This document shows, piece by piece, positions 7,926-10,179 of a stretch of 10,179 bases of DNA (position 1 is its first letter; every line of letters begins with the position of its first letter). Origin of the DNA: Azolla caroliniana (Eukaryota; Plantae; Polypodiophyta); assembly GCA_043228905.1 (NCBI GenBank), contig JBHGNT010001294.1:1-10179 (forward strand), given 5' to 3'. Both the position numbers and the translations under genes were made by a program. The notes below the pieces were generated by a model. The model did not search any database. It was given only the letters and a program-made list of their open reading frames with translations, and was not told the origin of the DNA.

Positions 7926-8256
7926 TTGGGTTCGTCTGTTAACAAAGAAACATGATTTTGTCGATTCACCCCGAAATGTCCCACCTTACCTTGGTAATAT
8001 CATCATGACTCTCAGAAACCATCCATGCCTTATCACCCTAAATGATGATACCCCTCTGCCCCATGAACAAAACTTGTGTTGTTGTCACAATTCTTCGGAC
8101 GAAACCTCGACTGGAATTCTCGCAAAATCTTGACACACTTGCAATGTGTTACCACAATTCCTCATAGCCATTTCCCCATTTGTAATGTCTTTTTTTTATA
8201 TGTGAATGCAAAATAATGCAAAGTCTGCACATATGGCCATGTGATATGATAGTTTT

Positions 8257-8309
8257 TTTTATATGATTTCTAGGTTCTTATGATTTTATATGATTTCTAA
8301 GTTCTTATG
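8257..8309. repeat. 27-bp tandem duplication
   Basis: ttttatatgatttcta(g/a)gttcttatg twice, one mismatch. Confidence 0.85.
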
Positions 8310-8409
8310 CCCACCCCCCCAAATTGTCACATTTGTTGATTAACGTTTTGGCGAGGGAAGATCATAAACATGGAAGCAAGCACAATATCCATATCATGCA
8401 ATAAATATA

Positions 8410-8523
8410 GGAAATTGGTAAATTCACAGTTTTTTTTTAAAGTTAATTACAAATGATAGCCAGATTCCATCCCCCCAAAAAAACTGTGAAAATACGGAAA
8501 AAACTATGAATTTACCAATTTCC
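8410..8523. mobile_element. 114-bp MITE with 26-bp TIRs and 8-bp TSD
   Basis: TIR GGAAATTGGTAAATTCA(C/T)AGTTTTTT at both ends, one mismatch. Exact flanking direct repeat TAAATATA at 8402-8409 and 8524-8531. Confidence 0.85.
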
Positions 8524-8829
8524 TAAATATATTTATAGTCTTTTTTCCGAGGGAAAGCTTTTCATGGATATGCCTGACCATGCTCATTGAATTGAGGAAG
8601 TCCGAATTAATAATAAGTTATTCATTCGTTTTGAATTAAACTCGATTAACTAAGTGGATTAAGGGTACTTCTATACTAATTACCAAGTCGAAATTTTACC
8701 TCTACATCATCCCACGGGGGGGAGGGCGCATGGAGTGAATCACGATTAATGCCTTACCTTTGGAGACTGAATGACTCGATTCCATGCATCAAGGGATTGG
8801 TAATGTCGGTGTACCCTTAACAATCGACA

Positions 8830-9143
8830 ATGGTTTGGTTCGGTTCGAGAGGGTCAAAACCGAACCGTTTAAATTTTTAGAAACTTGAACCGAACCACAA
8901 AACTGTATAACCAAACCATTAAAAAAATTTCGAAACGTTAAGCCATTAAACAAGTAAAACCGCGGTTTCGTTGTTCGTTTTTAGTTTTCAGCTTAGGTCA
9001 AATTTTAAAATTTTAAAACATTTCATTATTTAAATTTTCAAAATTTTTAAGAGTTTCCTAAAATGTGAGAATAAGGCATAAAAATGAAAAGATTGTTTAA
9101 AAATATAAAAATATAAAAATATAAAAATAAAACCGTTAAACCG
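8830..9143. mobile_element. Remnant of an AACCG/CGGTT-rich non-autonomous element (hAT-like subterminal region)
   Basis: Clustered GGTTCGGTTCG, AAACCGAACCG, GAACCGAACC and AAACCG motifs around an A/T-rich core, a common plant hAT-derived architecture. Termini and TSD not identified. Confidence 0.55.
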
Positions 9144-9144
9144 T

Positions 9145-9585
9145 CTATTCTTTGATTTCTCGAACCCTACCGGTCGTTAATCTAGCATTTCGAGCAGGAT
9201 AGATAGATTTGTTCTTCTCCATGATTGATTCCATCACGAAATTATGCAAATCTCGAAGGACAGGAGAGAGTTTTACGAGCATCTCATCCTTCACTTCATC
9301 TAAATCCAATTCTTTTTTTCGTCCTTCTTGTTTGCTCGATTGCTTCTTTCTTAAAACATCAGTTTTAGACTGATGATCGATAAAAGTGGGCATTATTACA
9401 TAGACCTCTTCCATACACCTTTGTTCACCATTTTTTATGGTAAGATTATTAATGGCCTAATTTATGTTTTGCTTCAAAGTTTGCTGGATTGTTCCGGTCT
9501 TAAAGCAGCAAGATTTTCACCAGATGAACAATGACGACGGATAAATTCTGAAGAAATCACTATTAATAAGTCTTCATTACCTTGT
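9145..9585 (-). pseudogene. Disrupted coding remnant, probably transposon-derived (possibly CACTA ORF2-like)
   Basis: ORF 9145..9414 extends upstream through a TAG (TLKQNIN*AINNLTIKNGEQRC) and a frameshift (GNEDLLIVISSEFIRRHCSS...). KLSPVLRDLHNFVM loosely recalls the LPxxMRxLHxWYM motif of CACTA accessory proteins. Confidence 0.35.
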
Positions 9586-10001
9586 AAAGTTCTTCACAAG
9601 TAACAAGATTCGCCTATCCTTCAATTAGGATATCCTAATGAATAATTTCTATGAAGACAATTATAATACGTAGTTGCTTGACTTTGGATAAAATACAGTT
9701 CTAGATGGTGTAGTATATGGATGTGGGTGACCTGATTTTCTCATCACATATTATGTTTACTCTTACATTTGTATAGACATCCATAAATATGGGGGCAAAA
9801 GGTTTTTCAATAATGCTGATGCGATATGATATCTGGTGCACTTTCCTTCATGATTGTGAAAGTTGATTAAGTAAATGTGCATATGGATCAAGCAGTTGGC
9901 ATGGGTTGTAGCGATAATATTTAGCATGCTCGTTGTCACCTCAAGAAAGAATTATACATGAACAGTTGTTGTTATTTGGTAATGTACAGTGGTGTTCTTA
10001 T

Positions 10002-10066
10002 TAATTCTGGTAAAAGATGTGAACCAAGAATATTAGATTTTTGGTTCACATCTTTTACCAGAATTA
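10002..10066. repeat. Perfect 26-bp inverted repeat / hairpin
   Basis: TAATTCTGGTAAAAGATGTGAACCAA (10002-10027) is the exact reverse complement of 10041-10066; 13-nt spacer. Confidence 0.95.
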
Positions 10067-10179
10067 CACTGTGGACGGCAATGTAGAGTAATAATGTGTT
10101 CTGATTGAATGTTTTTTTAATATTCCTTTGAAAGAGTAGTTTCTTAACTTTTTCCAGGTACTCTGTGAATCCGGTAGTT

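Noticed and set aside
7381-7955. ORFs with RERERE and LDWIG repeats
   Set aside because: They are translations of the (GA)n and GGATT pentamer repeats.
9624-9639. 16-bp perfect palindrome ATTAGGATATCCTAAT
   Set aside because: Eight-pair palindromes are not rare by chance in 10 kb of AT-rich DNA.

Overview
AT-rich eukaryotic DNA, most likely from a land plant (GT-AG introns, plant-type MITEs, GA/CTT microsatellites). The main feature is a minus-strand gene that the ORF track shows only in fragments. I assembled 11 coding exons by hand (6089 down to about 2045, about 477 aa) with consistent intron phases. The product is a coiled-coil protein resembling cilia- and flagella-associated protein 157 (CFAP157; the related BBOF1 family is the alternative), which points to a lineage with flagellated sperm. 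The family call rests on recalled motifs, not a search, and the 3' exons are less certain. Around the gene are a 313-bp Mutator-type fold-back MITE with a 9-bp TSD inside a decayed LINE-like fragment, a perfect 215-bp tandem duplication in the probable 5'UTR intron, a pentamer satellite with a 142-bp higher-order repeat, a 114-bp MITE with an 8-bp TSD, hAT-like and possibly CACTA-like remnants, and a perfect 26-bp hairpin. The most unusual signal is a 43-nt repeat-derived cassette in intron 5 that could act as a poison or mutually exclusive exon. I see no convincing new multi-gene system.
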